The notes below the pieces were generated by a model, which searched no databases, was not told where the DNA came from, and saw only the letters and a program-made list of their open reading frames with translations. A stretch of 63,124 bases of DNA, the filler included, from Octopus bimaculoides (Eukaryota), in NCBI RefSeq assembly GCF_001194135.2. It is 10 parts of 9 records of this genome, joined end to end, with 100 filler letters (N's around TTAATTAATTAA, not from the genome) between each part and the next. Parts side by side here need not be neighbours in the genome. Positions count along the whole stretch, not along the records: positions 33,178 to 50,278 come from NC_068991.1; positions 50,379 to 53,190 come from NC_068981.1; 8 more parts are not named here. One strand, given 5' to 3'. Every line of letters starts with the position of its first letter. Positions within the stretch are counted from its first letter, which is position 1. A program made the position numbers and the translations under genes. Shown piece after piece: positions 37,255-51,081 of this stretch.

Positions 37255-37520
37255 AGTCTCTTGTGGAGCATAGGGCTGGTTTCCCGGTTTCCATGGCGTA
37301 TGTGTTCCTCCCTAGCTGGACAGGACGCCAGTCCATCGCAGCTTTTTACTCAAGAAACAGGAAGAAAGAGTGAGAGAAAGTTGGGGCAAAAGAGTACAAC
37401 AGGGCCCGCCACCACCCCTTGCCGGAGCCTCGTGGAGCTTTAGGTGTTTTCGCTCAATAAACACACACAACGCCCGGTCTGGGAATCGAAACTGCGATCC
37501 TCCAAACAAGCACACTAGCA
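37255..37520 (-). mobile_element. tRNA-derived SINE family D
   Basis: B box gtttcgattccc on the minus strand, body ggacgccagtccatcgc, related to 60690-60945. Confidence 0.65.
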
Positions 37521-38334
37521 GCGTTATATTNNNNNNNNNNNNNNNNNNNNNNNNNNNNNNNNNNNNNNNNNNNNNNNNNNNNNNNNNNNNNNNNNNNNNN
37601 NNNNNNNNNNNNNNNNNNNNNNNNNNNNNNNNNNNNNNNNNNNNNNNNNNNNNNNNNNNNNNNNNNNNNNNNNNNNNNNNNNNNNNNNNNNNNNNNNNNN
37701 NNNNNNNNNNNNNNNNNNNNNNNNNNNNNNNNNNNNNNNNNNNNNNNNNNNNNNNNNNNNNNNNNNNNNNNNNNNNNNNNNNNNNNNNNNNNNNNNNNNN
37801 NNNNNNNNNNNNNNNNNNNNNNNNNNNNNNNNNNNNNNNNNNNNNNNNNNNNNNNNNNNNNNNNNNNNNNNNNNNNNNNNNNNNNNNNNNNNNNNNNNNN
37901 NNNNNNNNNNNNNNNNNNNNNNNNNNNNNNNNNNNNNNNNNNNNNNNNNNNNNNNNNNNNNNNNNNNNNNNNNNNNNNNNNNNNNNNNNNNNNNNNNNNN
38001 NNNNNNNNNNNNNNNNNNNNNNNNNNNNNNNNNNNNNNNNNNNNNNNNNNNNNNNNNNNNNNNNNNNNNNNNNNNNNNNNNNNNNNNNNNNNNNNNNNNN
38101 NNNNNNNNNNNNNNNNNNNNNNNNNNNNNNNNNNNNNNNNNNNNNNNNNNNNNNNNNNNNNNNNNNNNNNNNNNNNNNNNNNNNNNNNNNNNNNNNNNNN
38201 NNNNNNNNNNNNNNNNNNNNNNNNNNNNNNNNNNNNNNNNNNNNNNNNNNNNNNNNNNNNNNNNNNNNNNNNNNNNNNNNNNNNNNNNNNNNNNNNNNNN
38301 NNNNNNNNNNNNNNNNNNNNNNNNNNNNNNNNNN

Positions 38335-38368
<34 letters not shown>

Positions 38369-38648
38369 CTCTATGTATATATGTGTATATATAAATGTGT
38401 GTGTGTATATGTATGTGTGTGTATGGGTGTGCGTTTACGTGTGTATGTGTGTGTGTGTATTTGCACCTATGTGTGTGTATTTGCACCTATGTGTGTGGGT
38501 AGAACGGTATATAATAACTGTCGTTCCCTGATCGATGAAGACCTTCACTGACCATTAACAAAATTGTGCACTTTACATATGTTCATACATACTTATACAC
38601 TTATAAAGGGAGATAACGATATGAAGACAGACAGACAGACAGACAGGC

Positions 38649-38725
<77 letters not shown>

Positions 38726-41002
38726 TGTAGGTAGTAGATTTGGATCCAGGTATGCATTTCTACACGGATGCACACAAATATGTTGAATTTTATGCGAAAA
38801 GATAGCCACATAAATATGTTAGTGAAAATTAATATCTCTTCTGATAACATGTGATATTTGTATGTATGTATGTATGAATGTATATATGTATGTATGCAGG
38901 TACGTATGTATGTATGTATGTATGTATGTATGTATGTATGTATGCATGTATATATGTATATATGCATGTATGTATGTATGTGTTATGTATGCATGTGTGT
39001 GTGTATGTATGTATGTATGTATGTATGTATGAATGTATGTATGCATGTATGTACGTATGTATGTGGTTTTGGATTCTGTAAATATTCATCTCGTCATCTA
39101 TCAAGGATTCAACAAAGCTACTCCAAATATTGCCTCTTTTATTTAACTGAAACACAATTCAACAATCTGAGTTATCCAAGGCTTGTATTTTATCTGCGGT
39201 TCTAAAGTGTCTCATTTATAGACCCAGTTTCTTGCAATAATGTCGGTGTTCCGGAAGACGAGGCAGTGGTGCTATATATAGTCTTTAATATACTTTGATT
39301 TGAATGCACACTGATGGGATTATTTCGCTTTCCATTTCGTGATTCGAAATAGAACTACATTAGAGTGTAAAGTTCTATTATTTATTTATTTTCACAGAAA
39401 CTGTTAAACTTAGCAATTTTAAAAACCTGTGGGACAGTGATTGGCAAACATGTCAGAAAGGCGGACAAAATGCTTTGTGGTATTTAGTTACATCCCTTGT
39501 GTCATAAGTGTAAATCCCTACTAGGTTGTGCCTGTATATCATTATTACAGTATTGATGCAATGAAGTACTAATTAAATACAGGATTTATATTACTGATTA
39601 TATCCATCAAAGTTTAAGTCTATTGTAGCAGTGAATAGTTCTTATCCAGATTGTAATAATAGCTTGTGTTTATTATTCTTTACTTAACATTTTGCCGTTC
39701 ATGTTTTTTTTTTTACTTCTGATTTATCAAAGTCTGCAAAGAGTCATTGGTTAGGGGTATATCCGATCATATTCACTGCTAACACCATTGTGGGTAGAAC
39801 TTCTTCCCGCTACAATTGAGTTGGCCGTATTGAAGTTCAAACCATAAAGAAATCAAAATAGATATTTGGTTAATATATATAAACAATAGAATGTCTAATG
39901 AAGCATTATTTTCATCTAAGGTAGCATTCATATAATACTGTTAAATGCAATGCTTATTTATTTCCCATGATTTTTATAAACCATTTATCATCTCGTATCT
40001 TCAATATTTCCTTGGTAGGATTGCTTACGTTTAGAATGACAGTATGGTGTAAGTGTGGGATGCTTGATCTGGCCTATTTGAACACAAAAAAATATGGCCG
40101 TTTTGAATGCTGCACTCTTCTGTGGTTAATGATAAGAAATCGCCTGACATCAAAACGTTTCCGAATAATAGTAAAATGTTATCAAATGAAGCAATTTCTA
40201 CTAAATACTGGGCGGTAAAAGTTTATGATGATGAGAATACTAAATATCAAGCCTTGTGCTTGTAAAGAATAAGCTGCAGCAAGTATAAATAAATAAAATG
40301 TGCACAGCAGCACACAGGAATGTGTATATATATGTATATATATACATATATATCTATGTATATATATATATATATATNNNNNNNNNNNNNNNNNNNNNNN
40401 NNNNNNNNNNNNNNNNNNNNNNNNNNNNNNNNNNNNNNNNNNNNNNNNNNNNNNNNNNNNNNNNNNNNNNNNNNNNNNNNNNNNNNNNNNNNNNNNNNNN
40501 NNNNNNNNNNNNNNNNNNNNNNNNNNNNNNNNNNNNNNNNNNNNNNNNNNNNNNNNNNNNNNNNNNNNNNNNNNNNNATATATGGGCACAGGACTTCACG
40601 AACGTGTACAACAAAAAAAAAATGAAGTACGATTACATGAAATATGAACTATTTTCTCGAACAACGAAATACACTAATAGAAAACAAGACGAACAACACA
40701 AAAGAACGACCCTTCAGCAATTGTTGGCTGTTTTTCTATTCTCGTATTTCAAGCATTTAACAAGAATATACGCTTTCGATAAAACAGTTGCTCCCGCAAA
40801 GCAAATTTAATAAAATTTTGGATTTTTCGAAGCTTTAAAAGTGGTAAAACAAAATGTGAAAAGAAACAGGAAGGGCTGCTAAGCCTAAACGGGGTTGTGT
40901 TGGCGAACGCGTAAATCAAGTTTGGACAGGAGACAGACAAGAACTCGTTTTCTTTGATCCAGCTACAACGAAGAGAAAGAAACACAAATTCGGAGAAGAA
41001 AA

Positions 41003-41030
41003 ATGACCGATGGTCACGTGGGAGTCACGT
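41003..41030. promoter_or_regulatory. Two GTCACGTG E-boxes 11 bp apart overlapping an everted TGACCnnnGGTCA
   Basis: Motifs read directly at 41012-41019 and 41023-41030, in CpG-retaining DNA next to a purine-rich tract. Function is inferred only. Confidence 0.35.
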
Positions 41031-41597
41031 GAGCAAGGTTGGAAGAGAGGGGGGAGAAAGAGTGACAGACAGAGAACTGTGAAGGGGAGAGAAAAATTGG
41101 AGATAGGATAAGTGAGAAAAAACAGGAGGTGGAGAAGAGGAGGTATTAGAATAAGAGAGAAAAAACGAAAGAGTAATCGGATAGAATAATAGAAAAAGAG
41201 GAGGTAAAAGAGAGAGAAAGAGGGAAAAACGAAGTAAAATGATAGTAGAGTGGGCATCAGGATTATTAAGATAAAACTTACTTGGAAGAGGATGCATATA
41301 TATATATATATANNNNNNNNNNNNNNNNNNNNNNNNNNNNNNNNNNNNNNNNNNNNNNNNNNNNNNNNNNNNNNNNNNNNNNNNNNNNNNNNNNNNNNNN
41401 NNNNNNNNNNNNNNNNNNNNNNNNNNNNNNNNNNNNNNNNNNNNNNNNNNNNNNNNNNNNNNNNNNNNNNNNNNNNNNNNNNNNNNNNNNNNNNNNNNNN
41501 NNNNNNNNNNNNNNNNNNNNNNNNNNNNNNNNNNNNNNNNNNNNNNNNNNNNNNNNNNNNNNNNNNNNNNNNNNNNNNNNNNNNNNNNNNNNNNNNN

Positions 41598-41660
<63 letters not shown>

Positions 41661-41934
41661 GGAGACAGGAACAGAATGGGAGAGAGAGAATGTGTTTACT
41701 GAGGGGAACAGCGATTTTTAATACTTTGTTCTTTAATTTTTACCTATCAGTTAACGTATACGCTTTAGTGAATTAGCTATCGTATGCTCAGTGAACACTT
41801 TTCAATATGTCCAGCAACAGATGTTAAACTAACAAGTGAAAGGTAAAATGCTTTTATGATTGTTTTCAAATCACCGTATTAAGATTTATTAAAACTTTAC
41901 CAACAGACTGAAACAGTAACACTTTAGATAATGT

Positions 41935-42365
41935 CTTATGAATAGCCCGTCGTTGTCGGGAAATTTTTAGAATAGAATGTCTAATTTACATTTTTGTTTA
42001 TTCCATGTCAGACCATGCCTTCTCCAAAAGATAGGCCTCTTAATCTGGAAAATTTGTGCAGCTTTATGATAATATTCAACCATAAGTTTCATAGTCGCAC
42101 ATCGTCAATCTTCAAATCCTTCCAGCCATCCGCCAATTCAACATTGATATTACCTTACCATTAGAATAAATCAATTTTATGATTCAACTGTATTACTTGC
42201 TAGTATTTGTAAATCTATCCCACGTCACGGTCTACTTGTAAATTTATTTGTAATTTAAACGAGAACTGAACAACAGGGAACGGGATAGGACATGAAATAG
42301 TATATTGGGAACGGGAACTGGAAATAACCCCCGCTTTTCCAGGTATTACCGGGTAATTCAGCTAG
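41935..42365 (+). mobile_element. Non-autonomous Helitron-like element (3' end clear, 5' end tentative)
   Basis: Subterminal hairpin ccaggta-t-taccggg (42339-42353), then CTAG at 42362-42365 followed by T. A similar GC hairpin gcccgtcgttgtcggg lies near 41945. Confidence 0.5.
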
Positions 42366-42524
42366 TATATATATATATATATAACATATATATGACATGG
42401 TATGTCATAAGTGTCTGTATATTGTGCTTTTTGTCAATTTAGTTATAAAATAAACAGATTAATCAACGGAATACAGTGTCTGCAAGTCGATGGGTACCGC
42501 ATATTCTCCTCCATTTTCTTATTG

Positions 42525-42566
<42 letters not shown>

Positions 42567-42866
42567 AGAGAGAGGAGATAGAGTGAGAGAGGGAGACAGA
42601 TTTAATCTGTTATATACATTTATTTATTTATTATAAGCTTACAGCTGTTTCAGATATGCATTTAGTTGCGTTCATGGTTCGATTGAAAAATTGAATTATT
42701 ATTTCTAAGCACAAGCACTCATACATTGTCGGTAGAGCTTGGTCCTTCACAAAGCCCCATCTATTGATACCATCAGAAGCCCGGCCTTGTGGATAGACGC
42801 TGCCGAGAATTTCCTCATGAACTGACCAATGACTTGTCTTAACGAAGTGTTAACATTTACAAACCA

Positions 42867-43477
42867 CTAGATGAAAAACAGATCTATTTTCGTAACCCTA
42901 ATAAGAGAAATCAGTGACTTCTTTCCGGTTAGGCTCCACAACCTATTGTCAAACAAAGGCATTTTTAACAGAAGGTGATATTGTGTGGCTGGTGGAATTA
43001 CGACAGGGTGCTGTTCTTTGAGTTTCTCCCAGATGGTCATGATATAAATACTACCTTTTATACTCAACAAATGCAGCGAGTACATGATGCTTCGAAATCC
43101 CACTGCGTGGTATTGGTCAATAATAGACATGCACTCCTACTATGTGCTCCAACAGGAAGAGCTGCCTCATCCTACTTCATCCTGCCCACACTTCAGACCT
43201 TGCACCATCAAATTACCACCTTTTCCGAGCTATGGCTCATTTCCTGAACGGATGGAGGTTCAACAATGTGAATCAGGTTGAAAACGGCTGCAGGCATTTT
43301 TTTGTTTGTAAACTAGCAAAATAGAAAAAGTACGGAATTGAACTTTTGATACAATGATGGTAACAGACAAGAAAATATGATGGGATATTTTTTATGGATA
43401 AACAGTTTTTAAATGTATTTGTTTGAACTATAAATTAAAGCTTGAAATACGAAAAATCTTTTGGGTCAAGCTGGTAT
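42867..43477 (+). mobile_element. 5'-truncated mariner (DD34D) remnant
   Basis: DEKQIYFRNP, CGWWNYDRVLFFEFL and HPAHTSDLAPSNYHLFRAM. Confidence 0.85.
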
Positions 43478-43871
43478 ATAATGTGGGTGGTGTTAAACCT
43501 GTGGTGAAACCTATATGTCACGAAATAGTTGTCGGCAAGAAATTCTTCGTATGCATTGAAAAATAGTAAAAACGTATTAGAAATCTGTTGAACCAAACTA
43601 GGAAAGAAGAAATTCCTGGTAGGAAAAATGGTAGATATTGTAATTTATTAATTAGCATCTTGTTATATTGTTTTAGTGGTTTCAGCCATTGGACTGAGGA
43701 TATGCTTGAGCTCCATCTCCAGAAGTCTATCTATATCGACCATCCACTAAAGATTACACTCTAATAGTTATTTTATTGCTCTTTATTTGTCTAACTGCTA
43801 ATTGTCGGGATATACAGAACACAGTACAAGAAATACGGACTGCACACTGGTGCAAAGACAAGAAGAGCCTC

Positions 43872-43989
<118 letters not shown>

Positions 43990-44924
43990 TGATCTATGAT
44001 CAAAGGTGTTTCAGCATTGAAAAAGTCTTTTGTGTATTTGGGACTACATTGTCCATTGTGTCCGTCATTAATTTACGTCTATGTCAGAAGGGGAAAGGCA
44101 GCTCTATGACTCATTTTTAAAGGGAATCTAGCACAAGTGAGAAGAATGGATGTAGTTATCAGCAGTCCAAGAAGCAATCTCAAATGCTTGCTACAGTGTA
44201 GACTCGGGCTAAGGGCTCAAGGGTTAGATGATTGCACTGAAACGGGTGACAGACTGTTTATCACGAAGAACAATAGTTTCAATCACCAAGTTTTTCTCAC
44301 AAAGTTTTGGTGAACCTGAGATTAAGTCACCCTACAGTTCGATCACACTCGTAGCTATGTAAAAGCGAAGCGATCTTTTTCACTGCACAGTAATGGCTGC
44401 GATAATTCGTAAGATGGTTAGGATAAGTTGAAGGAAATTTGGTTGATATTCGTAGCACTCGTTTTTGATGTTTAATCCAAGCTGAACCCTAAAACACTAG
44501 ATTCATGATGAAAGTTAATCCCGAGATTTTGAGTAGTTGACTCATAAACTGTATGATGTAATCACTTGCAATTTATACTTTTATTGTCCAAAACTAGAAA
44601 TGTGAATTTCATCAACACCGCCACTTAACGTTCGACTACATCAGTTCCAATTAAATCATTTTTTCAATGACATCAAACTGATATCTTTTTTAGATTTCAT
44701 CACCTGGCCTGCCGCTAATGCTTTCACAGTTCGCACCTAACTACAGATACCTTACCATTCATGATTATTCCTTCAAAATTGTCAGTAAAACAAATTCCTG
44801 TAATATACTAGTTTTCATTCAATTCACAATTTCTATGTTTTTGTAAAAGTTCACCTCATCTTCATTTACCGAGCCAAGTGACATCGATAGATTTGTTTCA
44901 TGTTATTGATCAATGCATTCGAAC

Positions 44925-45003
<79 letters not shown>

Positions 45004-45195
45004 GCGACGGCCACGGCGGCGGCGGTAGTGGTCAGACTCACCTGCAGTTGTTGCCGTAGATTCTGACTTGCTCAATCAGTTTTCACTACTTTAGATTACA
45101 GGCGAATAAAACAAAATCACATATAAAAATGGAAAAACAATAATACCCATACATACACACACGCACTCACATACATACATGCACACATACACACG

Positions 45196-45233
<38 letters not shown>

Positions 45234-46993
45234 CAAACAAACAAACAAACACTGAGAAGTGTCAGATAACGAATCTTACGATAAAGTGATAAATATTATT
45301 TCAACCACGCTTGTCCCTTGCTGTAGTTGCTATTGTTGTCAATGTTACTGTCGTAGTTGTTGCTGTTGCCGTTGCTGTTGTGGTTTCCATTTGTTGTTTT
45401 TTTGTTGTTGCTGTCGTTTTGTTGTAGTTGCTGATGTTACTTTTTTCTTGTTGTAGTTGCTGTTGCTGTCGTCGTCGTCGTCGTCGTGGTGTTTCTATTT
45501 GCTTTGCCTTTGTTTATTTGTTTGTTTATCTCTCCTACAAATTCAATTAATGGCCGGTGGCCACAAACACTGCCACTAGTCCGTGCTGCGGAATAATTTA
45601 ATATTGCCAACGTCACATGATCAGGAAAACCAACACCAAATCAAACTCAAACATTTTAAAGTCTTCAGTGGAACGTCTTCAAACTTAATGAATGCGCCAT
45701 GTTTACGATGAGGCCATCTGTTTTGTTTCACTTCTCCCTCTCTCACTTTCACTATCTCTCATTGTCTTTACTACATTGCCTCTATCTTTTGCTCTGTATT
45801 CTCTTGAAAGAGAACAAAAGAGACACAGAAAAAGATTGGGATAAAGGGAGAGAGGGGAGAAAGAGAAGGAGAGAGAGTAAAAAGGGAGAGAGAGACAGAA
45901 ATGCTAAGCTCGCCTATGTACACGGATTGTATTTTATTCGTTTATTTGTCTATTTTCTGCTTGTTTATTATTATTATTATTATTACTATTTGTTTCCGGA
46001 TTCTTCTGACGTTGAATCGTATTGTCTTCGGAAAGATTAATAAAACAGAACAATTTTCTGACTTTATGTTTTTCCTTTGTTCCATTATATTTTGGTCACT
46101 TCCTGTTCCTGTGTCTTGAAATATGTTGACTGTGATGTTATGTAGCTAATCTGTACATGATTATCAGTAGAGCAATACATATATTGTGCGTGTGTGTGTG
46201 TAAACACGCACACACACACGCACACACAAATACACACAAACACATACACACACACATATATATATACATATATATACATAGGGTACATATATACGTGCAT
46301 TCATACATACATACATACACACACACGTATGAATGTAAGTATGCATGTGTGGCATAAATTAATCGTGTACTATTTTTTTTAGGATAATCTGTGTTATTTG
46401 TAACAGTTGTTCAAACTCATGAATACTGCCGGACAACGAAAGCGTCAGGAAATTTCACTGGTGTTTTGAAACGTGTAGTAGATGTACAGATAAGATACAT
46501 TATTGTAGTCTTACCGATAGTAATACATACATATACTCTACAAATCTTCTACCTACCTACCTACCTACCTACCTACCTACCTACCTACCTACCTACCTAC
46601 CTACCTATCTACCTACTTACCTACCTGCCTCATACATACATACGTACATACATACATACATACATATATATATGTGTGTGTGTGTGAATGTATATATATA
46701 TAAATGTATGTATAATGTATTTAGATATAAATCAGAAACAACGCCAATGTTGTAAACATTATCGACCGCACATAGTGCAAGGATCTGGTTTGTTCATCGA
46801 TGGGCTGGAGTGGGGATGACTCTCTCGAAGTGAAGGGGACGAGTTGTCTCGCCTGTCTATGACTATCAGGCATTTTAACACCAGACGCTTTCAAGGAGTC
46901 ATCTCCATCGCTCTAAACCGTAGCCTACAGACGGGCAGGAGAGGTACATGCATTAAGTATGCGCGAGCTATAATATATATACATACATATGTA

Positions 46994-47039
<46 letters not shown>

Positions 47040-50000
47040 NNNNNNNNNNNNNNNNNNNNNNNNNNNNNNNNNNNNNNNNNNNNNNNNNNNNNNNNNNNNN
47101 NNNNNNNNNNNNNNNNNNNNNNNNNNNNNNNNNNNNNNNNNNNNNNNNNNNNNNNNNNNNNNNNNNNNNNNNNNNNNNNNNNNNNNNNNNNNNNNNNNNN
47201 NNNNNNNNNNNNNNNNNNNNNNNNNNNNNNNNNNNNNNNNNNNNNNNNNNNNNNNNNNNNNNNNNNNNNNNNNNNNNNNNNNNNNNNNNNNNNNNNNNNN
47301 NNNNNNNNNNNNNNNNNNNNNNNNNNNNNNNNNNNNNNNNNNNNNNNNNNNNNNNNNNNNNNNNNNNNNNNNNNNNNNNNNNNNNNNNNNNNNNNNNNNN
47401 NNNNNNNNNNNNNNNNNNNNNNNNNNNNNNNNNNNNNNNNNNNNNNNNNNNNNNNNNNNNNNNNNNNNNNNNNNNNNNNNNNNNNNNNNNNNNNNNNNNN
47501 NNNNNATATATATACATGTACATATATTCACATACACACACACATATCATATGTATATTTCTTAACCGAAATCATGTTTTGAGGCAAACACTAATGCATT
47601 CCATTAGAAGCAATCTCTTGCAGGAGATGTTTTTCGTTGTATGACGTGTAGCTGCCAAGTTGGTATACATTTCTTCGCCAAGCAGCAGAATACCGTTTCG
47701 TTTGTCCTCCCTTTTAAACTTCCTGCTAGGTTTATTTAAAGTCTTAAAAATTCTGTGAATGAAATTGAAATTCAGTGATCGTTTCGAACTATCGTGCACC
47801 GGTGCCTCTCTGGTTAGATACTCTACAAATAGTTGTGGTACATCGTAGGTGTAGATGTATCTCATCAGGTGACTTGTCAAAAGGTACCTTGTTTTTTTAA
47901 TCTCCGTTACGCTTATTTCTATAAGAATACATTTTGGTAGTTGTAGTGTGCGACTCGTCAACGCGAGGAATTCGGCATCCTGGGAAAGTTTTAACAAGTA
48001 GAATAAAGCTTGATGAGTAAAACTGGGAAGGGGAAAATGTGTAGAAAGTTTTCGGCTGGATTGTATCTCTAGTTCATGTGTCCAGAATTATGTTCAGAAT
48101 ATGCCTGTCTGTGGAATTCTTAGCCATCTACATTGCAATTTAACGAGTAAATAGTTGAAATTGATCGAACAAGAGGATGCTCGTCGTAGAAACCGGCGAA
48201 GAGTCGACCGCCACCACCACAACCACCACCACCTCCACCACCACCGCCAACATCATGATCCTCATCATGATCGTTAACGTGAGAATTTACGTGGCTATTC
48301 TGAGTTGAGAGGCAAAGGATATGTGTGACTGGTTGGTGTGGGTGTGAGAGAAGTGTGCTAGTGTGGTTTTAGTCATTACTATTATTAATCTATGAAGATT
48401 AATAACTAACATATGTTCCAATAGGTGAGCGTCACTTAAACATATCAAATTCTATGATCAACATATGTGTGGCGCGTGTTCAACAGTCTCTCTCCTCCTT
48501 TCACTCTCTACCTCCTCTCTCTCACACACACAACATACACAGACACACACACACAACATATTCACACATACATACACAACATTCACAGACATACACAGAC
48601 AACTTCGCAAAATATTCAACGTATTTTTGTTTATTTTAATTTTTGTTTTTGGTTCTTTTATTTATTTATTTGAAAACGTCAAGAAAATTATGGTCTAATA
48701 TATTTCTTATCTTAAACATGACTCTTATAAAAGACCCTGATTCTGTTCCCATCGGAATACGATTGGCTAAATCGATTATGGAACAGAAAGCCAGCAACTG
48801 AGGGGGTGAGGTTTCGAACGCTCTCATCTGCATTGCATTCTTGGCACTGGTTTTCAGTAGTTTTATATTCTAGGGTTTTGTACAAGACAGTACTTATTTT
48901 TATTGAATTAATAAGTTGTGCTATTTTAGACAATACTGGTTTTACACTGTTGGAAATCGATGCATACAGGAATACATATACACAGACAAACACACACACG
49001 CGCACACATGCGCACGCACGCGCACACACACATACGGACGCGGGGCACGCATACGCACACGCACAGATATTTTCAGATTTCATTGATCATATTTTAAAAC
49101 CCACCGATATTCAAGCTTATCCGTTGAAAAGAACACCTTCTCAAGACCGAGTTTCCAGATTCTTAATGACTAAAGGTAAATTCCGGATTAGTCGTAGATG
49201 GTGGACCTTATCAACTCCTATCTTATTGTAGCTTTCAAAGGTCCCTTAATACACAGAATTGATGAGTTGTTAAGGGGCTGGGCTTCATTTATTGTAATAT
49301 TTACTTTAGGGTCTTTTTACAGAATTCAAACCCTATTTAGGTTAACTTTGCCTTTTGTCCCTACGGTGTGGATAAAATAACTTCCAGCTTACGAGTACTG
49401 TTGCTAAACAAAATTTATGAAGTTCATGATAGCGGTGCTCTGGTAGAGCTACTCTCATTTTGATGTAACTAAGTGCTATTTCCTAGAATTTTACATGTTC
49501 TAGCATTTCAGTAATGAAAGCGCGGCCTCTATACCTTGTATAATTTACTGCTTTTTAACAAAGTAAGACCTTATAGGTCATGTAAAGTTAAATACGTGGG
49601 TCCTTTTCTTTCTTTGTTGTTGCTGTTTTTGTCCTTTGACCAAACCTAGCCAAAGTGTGCAATAGTATCCCAGCGGCGAACATCCCGGCTGTTTTCAGAG
49701 ATAATGTAACTAGACTAGAACTACATTATCTAGTATGTTCTACCTTCCTCAAATCCCCAGCTGGTGAATGGCAATAGAATTCGTTGATATTTGAAAAGGA
49801 CGAATAACAACGTCCAAGGTTCCATATTGGGTGACACTGGTTCACTCCGTCATATATGGTTTGTAATGGAGGTGAAATGTATTGATGAATTACTTTGCTT
49901 GTAACGGCCCATCAAAGGCGATTAGAATGTTGATTCAGGAAGTTAATCATTCTATGCCCACCAGCACAGTGTTTCTCATGGGACCGGACGTGGCTGACAA

Positions 50001-50378
50001 GACCGATACGAGATAGACAGATCCTGATGCACCAAGTGCACTGAAAATGATCTCAAACAACAGCCACAAGGGGTTGATGATGACGTCTCCTTCACACTTC
50101 ATACAGTCTCCTGCGTTCGGTTTCAAAGAGCTCTACTTCACATCACGCACGGAATTGCATGCTTTCCGACTTACTACTAGGGCGACCAATCGTTTGGGAG
50201 GGACAAAGCATAAAATGAATGACTGCTTGAGATGATCATCAAAACGAAGTTTTTGGACGTATATATATATATATATATNNNNNNNNNNNNNNNNNNNNNN
50301 NNNNNNNNNNNNNNNNNNNNNNTTAATTAATTAANNNNNNNNNNNNNNNNNNNNNNNNNNNNNNNNNNNNNNNNNNNN

Positions 50379-50588
50379 GGCTACACACAGAGGGGACAAA
50401 CAAGGACAGACAAACGGATTAAGTCGATTATACCGACACCAGTGCGTAACTGGTACTTATTTAATCGACCCCGAAAGGATGAAAGGCAGAGTCGACCTCG
50501 GCGGAATTTGAACTCAGAACGTAGCGGTAGACGAAATACCGCTAAGCATTTCGCCCGGCGTGCTAACGTTTCTGCCAGCTCGCCGCCT
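50379..50588 (-). mobile_element. Young, CpG-intact SINE family B copy
   Basis: Full family consensus with CpGs preserved. Confidence 0.9.
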
Positions 50589-51036
50589 GTCTATGTATGT
50601 GTGTGTGTATGTATGTATGTGTATGTGTGCGTGTATGTGTGTATATGTGTGTGTGTGTGTGTATGTGTTTGTGCGTGTATGTGTGTATAGTTTTTCTTCT
50701 CGAAACTAAATCTGAGAGATTGTCTCGTGACAAGTTTTGCGGTACTGCGATTCCAGTTCTCTACTGAAGATTGCAGTGGTTTGAGACTCGAGCTACAAAG
50801 CAAAATTTCAGGTTCAGTTTCAATAAAAATAGCGTATACTTTACAACATGTATTGAGTCCTCTCCCCTCAATCTTCGGCATAAACCAACGCACGCATATA
50901 CGTATGCGTGTATGTGTGTATGTGTGTGGGAGTAGATGGGGAAGGGGTTGATGGATACCTATCTATCTATCTATCTATCTATCTATCGTTTTCTCCCCCC
51001 CACACACATATATATATATAAACACATCTCATGTTC

Positions 51037-51081
<45 letters not shown>

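Noticed and set aside
40875-40915. ctgctaa-gcc...ggc-gaacgcgta, a hammerhead-like relic
   Set aside because: Three core defects and no stem I.
47800-47875. Minus-strand CTGATGA followed by a good GATAC/GTATC stem
   Set aside because: TAAC replaces GAAA and there is no stem I or III, so it is not a hammerhead.
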